DNA from: Candidatus Alkanophaga volatiphilum
GTDB lineage: Archaea; Halobacteriota; Syntropharchaeia; Alkanophagales; B39-G2
NCBI GenBank assembly: GCA_029259545.1
Contig: JAPHEE010000002.1
Location: 5,601-69,600 of the forward strand
Length of the DNA: 64,000 bases
Direction of reading: 5' to 3'
The translations under genes were made by a program, and so were the position numbers. Below are positions 17,895 to 27,188 of this stretch, in pieces (within the stretch, counting starts at the first letter, position 1; each line of letters begins with the position of its first letter). The notes beneath the pieces are model-generated. The model worked only from the letters and a program-made list of their open reading frames with translations, did not search any database and was not told the origin of the DNA.

Positions 17895-18899
17895 ATGGAG
17901 CTTAGCAGGCTGAGGCACGGCACCGAACTCCTGAAGAGGGGCTTCGCCAAGATGCAGAAGGGCGGCGTGATCATGGACGTCACAAATGCGGAGCAGGCGA
18001 CGATCGCGGAGGCGGCGGGCGCCGTCGCAGTAATGGCGCTGCAAGCGGTTCCTGCGGACATCAGGGCGAGAGGGGGCGTCGCAAGGATGGCAGATCCTGT
18101 GAAAATCGTGGAAATCATGGAAGCGGTCACGATTCCGGTGATGGCAAAGTGCCGCATCGGGCACTACACAGAGGCAAAAATCTTAGAGGCGCTTGGTGTG
18201 GACATGATCGACGAATCTGAAGTTTTGACGCCAGCAGACACCTATTTCCATGTGGACAAGCGGGAGTTCACGGTGCCGTTCGTCTGCGGCGCCCGCAGCC
18301 TCGGCGAGGCGGTCCGCCGCATCTGGGAGGGCGCCGCCATGATCCGGACGAAGGGCGAGGCGGGGACCGGCGACGTCGCCGAGGCGATAAGGCACATGCG
18401 GCTCATGAACGAGGCGATCGCCCTCGTGACGAGGCTTGACGACGACGCTATGATGGACGTCGCTCGGAAATATGCGGAGCCCTACAAGAGGCTGGCGGAG
18501 GAGGTGCGGGCGGAGATGGGCTTGCCGCAGCTCACCGAGGAGGAGCCTGTCTACGGCGAATACACGCTGCCCGAGATCGTGGACGGGCTTTTCGAGATTC
18601 TGAAGGAGATTAAGGAGCTGGGGCGGCTCCCCGTTGTTAATTTCGCGGCTGGCGGCGTGGCGACGCCCGCAGACGCCGCACGCATGATGAGCCTCGGGGC
18701 GGACGGCGTCTTCGTGGGCTCTGGGATTTTCAAGTCGGAGAACCCTGAGAGGATGGCGAAGGCGATTGTCGAGGCTGTGAACAACTATGATCGTCCGGAA
18801 GTCCTCGCAGAGGTATCTAAGGGGCTTGGGGAGCCGATGCGTGGTTTGGAGGCGAGGAAGCTTTTGGAGAAGGAAATGCTACAGGTTAGGGGCTGGTAA
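17895..18899 (+). CDS. pdxS: pyridoxal 5'-phosphate synthase lyase subunit
   Basis: [33 protein letters not shown] and [12 protein letters not shown]. Confidence 0.9.
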   Translation: MELSRLRHGTELLKRGFAKMQKGGVIMDVTNAEQATIAEAAGAVAVMALQAVPADIRARGGVARMADPVKIVEIMEAVTIPVMAKCRIGHYTEAKILEALGVDMIDESEVLTPADTYFHVDKREFTVPFVCGARSLGEAVRRIWEGAAMIRTKGEAGTGDVAEAIRHMRLMNEAIALVTRLDDDAMMDVARKYAEPYKRLAEEVRAEMGLPQLTEEEPVYGEYTLPEIVDGLFEILKEIKELGRLPVVNFAAGGVATPADAARMMSLGADGVFVGSGIFKSENPERMAKAIVEAVNNYDRPEVLAEVSKGLGEPMRGLEARKLLEKEMLQVRGW

Positions 18900-18907
18900 C
18901 CCCAAAT

Positions 18908-19066
18908 ATGGAATGTGACGTGCTCGTCGTGGGGGCGGGACCCGCGGTCGCCGCCCTTTACTGTTCAAAGAACGGTCTTGACGCAGTTTTGGTGGAGAGG
19001 GGATGCATGCCGGAAGGCGGCTGGACTCGTCGCCGGATACAAATTTCAGCCTTTCTAGGGCAGTGA
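18908..19066 (+). pseudogene. remnant of a geranylgeranyl-reductase-family paralogue (5' fragment)
   Basis: MECDVLVVGAGPAVAALYCSKNGLDAVLVERG then a premature stop. The stretch TGTGACGTGCTCGT..GG.GC.GGACC.GC is nearly identical to the start of the intact gene at 19116. Confidence 0.5.
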
Positions 19067-19115
19067 AGGAGTTGGAGCGCACAGAGAGCTTGGTTTTTGA
19101 TGACAAAGGAATGAA

Positions 19116-20294
19116 ATGGAAAAAGTATGTGACGTGCTCGTTGTAGGTGCAGGACCTGCAGGGAGCAGTGCAGCGAGAGCTGCGGCAAGATTTAGAGCTA
19201 GAACCGTGTTCATAGACAAGAAAGAGGAGATAGGCGTACCGGTGCAGTGTGCAGAAACCATAGGCAAATACTTGCTCCCGCTCCTACCATTTAAGATACC
19301 GAAGGACCAACTAGTATGGAAGATCAAGGGGATGACCTTCTGGGCGGAAGGCATAAAGATAACGCGCCAGGGACGGTTCTGGGCGGGCTATGCGATAGAC
19401 AGGAAGAACTTTGACAAGTGGTTAGCATCTCTCGCTGTGAGGGCAGGTGCGGAGTTGCAAACGAGCGCCGAACTCGTGGATTTGGAAGTGGACGACAAAT
19501 ACAAAGTCAAGAGAGCGTACGTACGAACGCCACATGGCGTGATATCCATTAGACCAAAGGTAGTGATTGCCGCAGACGGCGTCGAATCCTCCGTTTTAAG
19601 GCTATTGGGCTTCAAAATAAACAAAAAGGAGAACTTAGGGGAGGTCTTGGGCTTTGAAATGCGAAACTTGAACTTGGAGAAGCCCAACTACGATCATTTG
19701 TTCCTCGGAGACTTTGCGCCTGGCGGCTATGCATACATATTCCCAAAGTCGAAACATGCGGCAAATGTGGGCGTCGCCACGCTCTTCCCAAGCAAGAGTT
19801 TGGAAGAATACTACGAGGAATTTTTGGAGATCCCGGAGGTCAAGAGGCAGCTGGATGGGGGGGTCGTGGTTGAGGAGAAGAGCGGGAAGGTCCCAGCTCG
19901 CAATCTAGTTGATAGGTGGGTTTACGGGAACGTGCTTCTTGCGGGCGATGCTGCCAACCAAAACATCAAGCCGTTCGTAGAAGGCATCCTCCCGTCCGTT
20001 ATTTGCGGCGATATTGCCGGAAGGGTCGCCGCTGCCGTCGTGAAGGGAGTAGGCTTGATAGACACCTATCCTAAGAGAGTAAAAATGAAGCTAGGTAGGC
20101 TCCTTAAAAGATCTAATGCAGTCATGAGCGTCAATGATAGCTTATTTAGACAAGGTGCTAAGGGTGCTCTTCTGAGTTTATGCCTATTAGCTGAAGTTGT
20201 TCCCCTGAGAGAGATAATAAAATTGGGAGAGGAAGAATATACTTCAGTTAAGAGATATATAGAAGATCTGAGCGTCCGATGGGGATCTAAATGA
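19116..20294 (+). CDS. FAD-dependent oxidoreductase, geranylgeranyl reductase family
   Basis: DVLVVGAGPAGSSAA dinucleotide fold, AADGVESS and LLAGDAANQ. Confidence 0.75.
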   Translation: MEKVCDVLVVGAGPAGSSAARAAARFRARTVFIDKKEEIGVPVQCAETIGKYLLPLLPFKIPKDQLVWKIKGMTFWAEGIKITRQGRFWAGYAIDRKNFDKWLASLAVRAGAELQTSAELVDLEVDDKYKVKRAYVRTPHGVISIRPKVVIAADGVESSVLRLLGFKINKKENLGEVLGFEMRNLNLEKPNYDHLFLGDFAPGGYAYIFPKSKHAANVGVATLFPSKSLEEYYEEFLEIPEVKRQLDGGVVVEEKSGKVPARNLVDRWVYGNVLLAGDAANQNIKPFVEGILPSVICGDIAGRVAAAVVKGVGLIDTYPKRVKMKLGRLLKRSNAVMSVNDSLFRQGAKGALLSLCLLAEVVPLREIIKLGEEEYTSVKRYIEDLSVRWGSK

Positions 20295-23200
20295 TATACT
20301 TGGGTAGTGACGTGTTAGGGCCCATAACGTTATTTGTCACAATAAACGTTTTCATCCTTTCCCTTATACTAACGTCCATACTTGAGGCAAAGAGGAAAAC
20401 GAGCTCAGGATTGTGGAACGACTTGCTCTTAGGAACATGTTTTTACATAGTGAAGACGGGAATTATAGGAATAATACTAACGCGCCTACCAGACACCTAC
20501 AAGTTGATGCTTATCATCCTCCCATATTCCACAGCCACGACATGCGTGTTTTTCGTACATTATTTGATAATAAAACCGTTGTTAAGAGAGATAAAGTTCA
20601 TGAAGCCTGAATACATGAGTTTTTATGCAATATTTACAGCGATATATTGGATAACTTTCGTCAAACTTGCTCCAATTGTAAGCTCTTTTACTTTTACACT
20701 TAAAGCTGCTCCAGTCATATACATATTTATTGCGCTATACTTGTTCATAGTACTATACGTGATTCGTTACTTTATAGCACTATTTGATAATTATCGAAGG
20801 ATAGGATTTTTAGAGAAGCCAGCATTGTTAGCGGCAGTTAGTTTGATACCTGTGATTGCATACTCTGTATCTCTAGTTATAATGTGTGACATACACTCAT
20901 ACTATCATTTGCTATCAGGCTGGATAATCTGTTTTGCAGTTACCGTGGTGAGTTACTTCCGCTTTGCTGTCGAATATCCCTCCCTCCTCCAACCCAAGTG
21001 GAAAGCATACATGCCTTTCGACCCTGTGAAGATGACCGCCGCTCTGACCATGGCGTTTCTTGCGGTTTCCGCTTACTTCACCGTGATGGAGCACGGCACG
21101 CCGCAGTTCCTCAGCATGCTGCGCTCCGCATTTCTACCGCTTCTCGTGCTGCTTGCTGCCATCTTCACGGAGGTCGCTATCATTCTGACGTTTCTCAAGA
21201 ATTTCGCCGCCGGGACGGCGCTGAAATACTGGCATCTGCTGAAGAGCGGCTTGTATATACACATCGCAGCCACGCTATATGTATTTTGCCTGATGTTCTT
21301 ACTTTGGAATGGCATCTCCGCATACGAGCGACTGCTATTCGTGATATTCGCCATCGCCACGTTCGCCTTCTACCTCTTCTATGCGCTGGATCTCAAAACT
21401 CTTTTATCATACCAAGGGATCGAGCCGACGTTCAGCAAGCTGGATATTGCCAGATACTTCGTCTGCCTTTACTCCGCATTTTTCTTCATCCTCTTCAGTT
21501 TGAATTTCACGTACGGCAGGACATCTCTTTACGTGAATCTCGAGTCTCGCCCTGCAATCCTGTTCTTCATCCTCTTTTTCATGACATCTTTCGGCACATA
21601 CCTCAGCATGTCGCATAAGGGCTACGAGGAGGTACTGCGGAAGAACATATGGAGCGAGCTTTCTTACGTCTCGGCGTTCGGCGCCGCCGCCGTAGTTTAC
21701 GCAATATACAGCTCCGTAGCCGCAGTACGGAGCTTCCCCCTCAGAGACCTCTTCTTCGTCGGCTATTTCCTCGTGCTGCTCATCGAAATACTTTCGACCG
21801 CAATGCTCCGCCGTGCCTATAGATGGTATGAGCGAAGAGCGGAGGCAAAAGACATTGTGGAGCTTTTGAACCGTTATGCTCTTGCCTTCTTGCGGGTTGA
21901 TTTCTTGAAAGAAATCTGGGAAAAAATCGTGGACAAATACGTCCCGCAGGACAAGCAGCGATATGTGAGGTTCGACGCATCGTCCCGCACGTTCCGCATA
22001 GACTTGGATGAGAAAACACGAACGACGGTTGCGGTTGCCATGTTGCTTGAAATGTTCCGCAGCCCGCCGCCAAGAGCGACAACTGAGGAAATACCACCGG
22101 AAAGGGTTAAAGCCGAGACGAAGAGTGTGTTGAAAGAGAAGGTTTTAGTGTTACCTGAGGAATTGATGCACGAGTTGGGGGAGCCTTCGGAATATTATCC
22201 GCTGTTGTACCTGAAGACGCTCCGGGACTTGGAGGGACGGCTTAGGGTTTTCATTCCTGAGTTCCATCTCGATACGTTCTTCGAAAGACTGGCAAACATA
22301 AACCCCGCTTTCAGGGAAGTCTCTATTAGGGAGGAGGAATACGACGGCTCGTCCTATGAGCTGCCAGAGGGGCTACGCTTCCAGAGAGACGACTTCCTGA
22401 GGTATTTCAAGCTGTTTGTGAGGGCGGTGGAAGAGCGCTTCCCATTCAGGTATTCGCTGCTCTACGATGCTGTTAAGAAGAAAGTGAGGGAAGAACTACA
22501 CCTTTACGGCTTCACGCTGAGCGAGCTGCTGGACGTGGTCCTCACTGGAATCAACGGGATAGACAACGTACTAGGCGGGCTTGTAAAGAACAAATCTACC
22601 CTGCTTCTAGCTGAGGATTCGAAGGCCAAGAACAGAATGCTGGTAGCATTCGCAGCTCAAGGGCTGAAGGATGGCGACGGCATCATCTTTGCAAGCTCTA
22701 AGCGTGCTTCTGAGGAAGTTTTGGACGACTTGGAGATGAGCTTGAACACTTTTATCGACGGCGGCGTCATGATGATAGACCTGTATCGGGCGACCCACAC
22801 CGACAAACCGCCAAGCTCCCTCATTGAAGAAAAGCACAGACTGATAGTGCCTTTAAACAAGACGCTCATCCAACACGGCATCGTCAAATCGGTAAAAGCG
22901 TACCCCAAGGAGCTCCATAAGAGAATGGTGCTGGACATATACGATGACCTCTTGAAGTATTACAACTTTAACGAACTTTTCGCAATACTAGAAAGACAAC
23001 TCGACGGCTTCAAACGTTGGAACTGCACGACTTTCGTAACACTGAGCCAGAGGTCGGTATCGGTAGCAGAGCTTGAAAAGCTGGAGAGAGTATTTGATAA
23101 CGTGTTTGTTCTACGTGGTAGGGATGTAGATGCAAAGCTTTTCATCGAAAAGCTTTATGGAGGCGTACCCTCAGGCGTGAGGGAAATACCGGTAGTGTAG
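20291..23200 (+). CDS. large polytopic membrane protein with C-terminal degenerate RecA/KaiC-like domain
   Basis: About 470 N-terminal residues of hydrophobic helices. The C-terminus, GINGIDNVLGGLVKNKSTLLLAEDSKAKNRMLVAF...GIIFASS, has a KaiC-like layout, but the GxxGxGKT P-loop is replaced. The 5' ~700 nt are AT-rich. Confidence 0.55.
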   Translation: MIYLGSDVLGPITLFVTINVFILSLILTSILEAKRKTSSGLWNDLLLGTCFYIVKTGIIGIILTRLPDTYKLMLIILPYSTATTCVFFVHYLIIKPLLREIKFMKPEYMSFYAIFTAIYWITFVKLAPIVSSFTFTLKAAPVIYIFIALYLFIVLYVIRYFIALFDNYRRIGFLEKPALLAAVSLIPVIAYSVSLVIMCDIHSYYHLLSGWIICFAVTVVSYFRFAVEYPSLLQPKWKAYMPFDPVKMTAALTMAFLAVSAYFTVMEHGTPQFLSMLRSAFLPLLVLLAAIFTEVAIILTFLKNFAAGTALKYWHLLKSGLYIHIAATLYVFCLMFLLWNGISAYERLLFVIFAIATFAFYLFYALDLKTLLSYQGIEPTFSKLDIARYFVCLYSAFFFILFSLNFTYGRTSLYVNLESRPAILFFILFFMTSFGTYLSMSHKGYEEVLRKNIWSELSYVSAFGAAAVVYAIYSSVAAVRSFPLRDLFFVGYFLVLLIEILSTAMLRRAYRWYERRAEAKDIVELLNRYALAFLRVDFLKEIWEKIVDKYVPQDKQRYVRFDASSRTFRIDLDEKTRTTVAVAMLLEMFRSPPPRATTEEIPPERVKAETKSVLKEKVLVLPEELMHELGEPSEYYPLLYLKTLRDLEGRLRVFIPEFHLDTFFERLANINPAFREVSIREEEYDGSSYELPEGLRFQRDDFLRYFKLFVRAVEERFPFRYSLLYDAVKKKVREELHLYGFTLSELLDVVLTGINGIDNVLGGLVKNKSTLLLAEDSKAKNRMLVAFAAQGLKDGDGIIFASSKRASEEVLDDLEMSLNTFIDGGVMMIDLYRATHTDKPPSSLIEEKHRLIVPLNKTLIQHGIVKSVKAYPKELHKRMVLDIYDDLLKYYNFNELFAILERQLDGFKRWNCTTFVTLSQRSVSVAELEKLERVFDNVFVLRGRDVDAKLFIEKLYGGVPSGVREIPVV

Positions 23201-24874
23201 TCACCTTGACGGTATGATGGGGTTGCGTTCGCCGGCGGGCATGAACTCGCGGAGGGCGCCGCGGGCGATGCACGCCCTTATGTTTCGGAAGTCGAAGACG
23301 AGGTCGGGGTCGGCGAACGCCACCTTTATCACCGGCGACAGCCCCCACGCGTCCATCCGCGCCTCGTGCGCCGCAACGACCGCCGGCGACGTGAAGAACT
23401 GGGAGTCTGCGAGGTAGGAGCGGAACGGGACGTTCGGTCCGTGGAGTTCGACGGGCATGCCCTCGTCGATGAGCACCGACGGCAGGATGCCGAACGAGTT
23501 GTGGTGGTGCGTCTCCTGCCCGCCCCAGCCCGTACGCAGCAGCAGCTCCTTGTGGATCAGCGTCAGAGCGTGATGAGCGGCGAGCGCCCCCGCATACGCA
23601 CTGCCGGTCGCCCATGCGGCGCAGACGCCCGCCATCATCGCGATGAACAGGTTTTTGATGAGTCCCCAGTGGTGCTCCAAGAGCACGGGGTATTTGTCGT
23701 AGTCCTCGCAGCAGTGGAGCACCGCCTCCCGCGCGCACTCGTGGATCACGTCCCAGCCCGGCGACACGCCCGCAAAGCCGTACCTGTCACGAACCCACCC
23801 CGCAAGGTGCTCGCCCCAGCCCTCGAACGTCTCGTTGAGGTAGTACACGGAGGCGCCGACGGTGACGCCGACCGACCCTATCATCTGCTGCCCGTAGTAC
23901 CACTGCATGTACAGGACTTTTTCGAGGGCGACGCCCTCCGCCGTCACCGGGACTGGCGATTCTGGCATTTTCGAGGGGTGCTGCACGATGTCGAAGATGT
24001 AGCCGCACGGGAGTCCGACGGGGTTGTTGTGCCCGTGCGCCCGTGAGGGGAACGGCGGGGTTCCGATGAACACGTACTGGGCGTGCTTCGCCGAGAAAGC
24101 GAAGTCTGAGATGGTGGACTCGCCGGCGCAGAGGCGGTAGGCGGCGATGAACGCCATGGTTTGCGCCATGGCGTTCCAGCGGTGCACCATGGCGCCGTCC
24201 ATGCTCCGTATTGCGTGCGTCGGCAGCCTCGAGACCTGCCAGAGGGAGGCGCCGACGCCTTTTTTGAGCTTTGCCGCCCTCTCGGCGTCGAACTCGCGGT
24301 CGATGTCGATGAGGAAGCGTCTGTCGAGCTTTGATGCGAGCTCGTCGCTGCCGGTGAAGGTTTTGACGTAGGCGTCCGGGGCGAGGGCGGGGTTGACCTC
24401 CACCATGTGCTCTTGGGCGACGGCGCCGCCGACGAGCGTGTGGTTTATGGTTTCGAGGTAGATGTTGATGGTTTCGGGGGTGACCTCGCGCCCGTAGCGG
24501 TTCGTGAGCACGCGGTGCGGCAGATCCAAGCACGTGATCGCCGTCCTGAAGATGTCGTCGCGGAGCTGCTGCATCGCCGCGTTGTTCAGCACGTGCAGGT
24601 CCTCGTACTCGCAGAGCACATCCGTCCCGCTCACCCGCACCGGCTCCAGAAACCGCTCGCCCACCGGGACGCCCAGCCCCAGCTCGTCACAAATCCGATC
24701 CGGATTGTACGACGGGATCCCCCGCCCCTCCGCTATCCTGCGAGCCGCCTCGATAAACTCAGACTTCCGCCTCGACTGACGACGACCCCCGTACTTATGA
24801 AACTTCGAGTCTTTAAGCTCCGACGGCAAGACTCCGTACGTCTCCTCAAGAATCTTTAAAAATTTCTTCTCCAT
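23201..24874 (-). CDS. mcrA: methyl/alkyl-coenzyme M reductase alpha subunit-like, divergent (set 2)
   Basis: NNAAMQQLRDDIFRT, REVTPETIN, GGAVAQEHMVE, AKHA and DEGMPVELHGPN are McrA blocks. The substrate-channel blocks are substituted (see findings). Confidence 0.85.
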   Translation of the reverse strand: MEKKFLKILEETYGVLPSELKDSKFHKYGGRRQSRRKSEFIEAARRIAEGRGIPSYNPDRICDELGLGVPVGERFLEPVRVSGTDVLCEYEDLHVLNNAAMQQLRDDIFRTAITCLDLPHRVLTNRYGREVTPETINIYLETINHTLVGGAVAQEHMVEVNPALAPDAYVKTFTGSDELASKLDRRFLIDIDREFDAERAAKLKKGVGASLWQVSRLPTHAIRSMDGAMVHRWNAMAQTMAFIAAYRLCAGESTISDFAFSAKHAQYVFIGTPPFPSRAHGHNNPVGLPCGYIFDIVQHPSKMPESPVPVTAEGVALEKVLYMQWYYGQQMIGSVGVTVGASVYYLNETFEGWGEHLAGWVRDRYGFAGVSPGWDVIHECAREAVLHCCEDYDKYPVLLEHHWGLIKNLFIAMMAGVCAAWATGSAYAGALAAHHALTLIHKELLLRTGWGGQETHHHNSFGILPSVLIDEGMPVELHGPNVPFRSYLADSQFFTSPAVVAAHEARMDAWGLSPVIKVAFADPDLVFDFRNIRACIARGALREFMPAGERNPIIPSR

Positions 24875-24887
24875 CCCGGCAACCCTC

Positions 24888-25661
24888 CTATTTCCCGTTT
24901 ATTAAGTCGGGTCTAAGCCCACCCAGCACCCGCAGCTCGCCTATCCGCTTCACGACCTTCATAAGCTCGTCGGCGACGGTCGGCGGCACGTGATCGAAGC
25001 GATAGACGGTCGCCATCTTCTTAAGCTCCTCTTCAGGTAGCGGCGGACCCACAGGCACTGGCTCCTCAAGCGGCACGGACTGCTGCGTCTTCACGTAGAC
25101 GACCTCACCCCGCTCCTTGTCGTATATATAACGGCGGCGGGCGTCGAACATCAAACCGTCCTCGTCGAGACGGAGCGAGTAGCCGTGGACGGTGATCGAA
25201 CGCAGAGCGCAGCGTGCCGTGTCGAACATCTCAGTCTCCAGCAGCGTCTTCGCCACCCGGTCGATGTCGCGCTCCCTCATTTCGAGGAGCGTGCGCCCTG
25301 AGTACGCAAGGGAGTCAAAGCCCCGGAATTCTCTGTTCGTCGCATATATCCGGAAGCGGAGCCACGGCGGCAGCGGCGCAAAGTGCTGAGAGTCCGTAAA
25401 CTGAATGTAACGGATGCGGTCGCCGTGTCGGGCACCGTCGGTGGGCTCTACAAGCTCCTTTATCGGGTCAGGCGGCTCCTTTATCTCATCTAATGGGGGA
25501 TGTACGCTAGAGTATGCCATTCCTGGCTTCCTGTGCCCCAAAAGCTTCACTATGTCGTCATCTGAAATCTCTCTCAGTTTCTTAGGCTTAAAATCCGGGT
25601 CAAGCCATTTGCGACGACGCTCCGCAATCTCATCAGTACCTGGATATGGAATTCCTACCAT
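24888..25661 (-). CDS. mcrG: methyl/alkyl-coenzyme M reductase gamma subunit-like (set 2)
   Basis: LLGHR, VHPPLDE, YSGRTLLEMRERD and HGYSLRLDEDGLMFDARRRY. Confidence 0.88.
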   Translation of the reverse strand: MVGIPYPGTDEIAERRRKWLDPDFKPKKLREISDDDIVKLLGHRKPGMAYSSVHPPLDEIKEPPDPIKELVEPTDGARHGDRIRYIQFTDSQHFAPLPPWLRFRIYATNREFRGFDSLAYSGRTLLEMRERDIDRVAKTLLETEMFDTARCALRSITVHGYSLRLDEDGLMFDARRRYIYDKERGEVVYVKTQQSVPLEEPVPVGPPLPEEELKKMATVYRFDHVPPTVADELMKVVKRIGELRVLGGLRPDLINGK

Positions 25662-25670
25662 CTTACCACC

Positions 25671-27032
25671 TCACAACTTATCTTTAATCTCAGAGGCAGC
25701 CTCCGCCACGTATTTTATCGGCTGTTTCATCTCAGGCGGTAGTACGTCCCTTATCTTCATGTAGACTCCTGATGTCAGCTCCGGCGTGAACGTCTGTGTC
25801 CCGGCATCCATACACATCCCGGCGACGATACATGGCGCTATGAAGCCCCGTGAGTGTCTGAGTAACGGACCTGCTGGCGCATAAGCGCCAGGACCGGCGC
25901 CGCCGTATATGTTGTGCGTGTAGAAAGCGAAACCTATCGAGGTCCCGAGCACACGCCCGAAATCTAGGTCAGGTAGCCCCGTTGCCAACTTTATTATGTC
26001 GTTAAAAGCGTTTATCGTCGCCGGGGCGCCCTGCACTGCTCGCATAGCGCCGCAATTCACAATCACGGCGGCGAGTTGTCCTGCTGCCATATAGGCATTC
26101 CACAGGCAAGCGTCGTCGGTCTTGTAGATCTTAAAGCCTGACGGAAGTGTCTCCTTGACTTTGATCACGCCGTCTTCTTCAGCTCGTCTTATCAGGCTAA
26201 GAATCACGGTACCTATCGTACCGTCCTTCCCGTTTTCCTTAACAAGCTCGTATACCAAGTTATTTGCATTCAATCCCTGATACGCAAGCCTTAACAGATG
26301 ATAGCGCTCGTAAACCGGATGGATGGCGTCGCCGCTGTCGAACATCGCCAGCGTCTCGAGGATCGCAGAAAGCGCCACGCCGTTAAGCGTGTTCTTATTA
26401 GTGATGGCTACGATGTCGTTCACCATGTTCGTACGGAACGCAAGACCGACGCCGTCGAGCGCCGGCGGCCAGCCGCGTAACAGCCCTGTGACGGCGCCGC
26501 GCAGCGTTATCGACTGTGGATACCTGCCGAAAATTGCCGACTTTATCACGTTGGAGCCGTTGAACGGTGTTATGTTGAAAAGCTCGATAATGGCGTGCGC
26601 CGTCGCGACTCCGACGTTCACGGTCGCAGAAGCCCAATCGCTCGCCATGTACATTCGGAGGGTAGGCACCTGCACAAACAGAATTTCGCCACCACCGAGC
26701 ACATGCACGCTCGTGTCGTCATCGTCGCTCACCCGCACGTACCTATCAACAAGCTCGGCGATCTTCTCGGCGTTCTCTACGATCGGGAGGTCGAGCTCGA
26801 TGCCTGGGATTTGACACTCCTCGCCGACGCCCATTTCTCCACCCATGCGTCCGGAGCGTAATGAATCCTCAATCCTCCTCAAATTCACGATCACTGAACG
26901 CTTGAACGTTTCACAAATCTTCTTTATCGCCGGGTTATGCAGCGGGCTTATCGCGTCCAGCGGAATATCTTCCGCAATCCGCTCGCCCCGCTCATCGTGT
27001 AGGTCTATCCTATCTGGATGCCTAACAGCCAT
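25671..27032 (-). CDS. mcrB: methyl/alkyl-coenzyme M reductase beta subunit-like (set 2)
   Basis: [40 protein letters not shown] and CMDAGTQTF. Confidence 0.88.
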   Translation of the reverse strand: MAVRHPDRIDLHDERGERIAEDIPLDAISPLHNPAIKKICETFKRSVIVNLRRIEDSLRSGRMGGEMGVGEECQIPGIELDLPIVENAEKIAELVDRYVRVSDDDDTSVHVLGGGEILFVQVPTLRMYMASDWASATVNVGVATAHAIIELFNITPFNGSNVIKSAIFGRYPQSITLRGAVTGLLRGWPPALDGVGLAFRTNMVNDIVAITNKNTLNGVALSAILETLAMFDSGDAIHPVYERYHLLRLAYQGLNANNLVYELVKENGKDGTIGTVILSLIRRAEEDGVIKVKETLPSGFKIYKTDDACLWNAYMAAGQLAAVIVNCGAMRAVQGAPATINAFNDIIKLATGLPDLDFGRVLGTSIGFAFYTHNIYGGAGPGAYAPAGPLLRHSRGFIAPCIVAGMCMDAGTQTFTPELTSGVYMKIRDVLPPEMKQPIKYVAEAASEIKDKL

Positions 27033-27070
27033 GTTGTCACCCCTATTCTTTCTGATTTATCAACTAATAA

Positions 27071-27104
27071 AATTACCTTAAAGGCAAACAAATTACCCTG
27101 AAAG
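27071..27104. promoter_or_regulatory. 20-bp-phased direct repeat in the mcrB / marker-15 divergent intergenic region
   Basis: AATTACCTTAAAGG at 27071-27084 and AATTACCCTGAAAG at 27091-27104. Confidence 0.35.
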
Positions 27105-27188
27105 TGCTGTGAGAGTTGCGGCGCGTCCCGACGTTGCCTCAAATTTTGTGATGATAAATTCTAATAAGACGAGGAGAAACCAAAGGAT

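Noticed and set aside
23142-24859. Several 150-250-aa ORFs overlapping the mcrA-like gene on both strands (23142..23738, 23366..24046, 23787..24533, 24407..24859).
   Set aside because: They are shadow ORFs of a GC-rich gene. The mcrA-like frame carries the conserved blocks.
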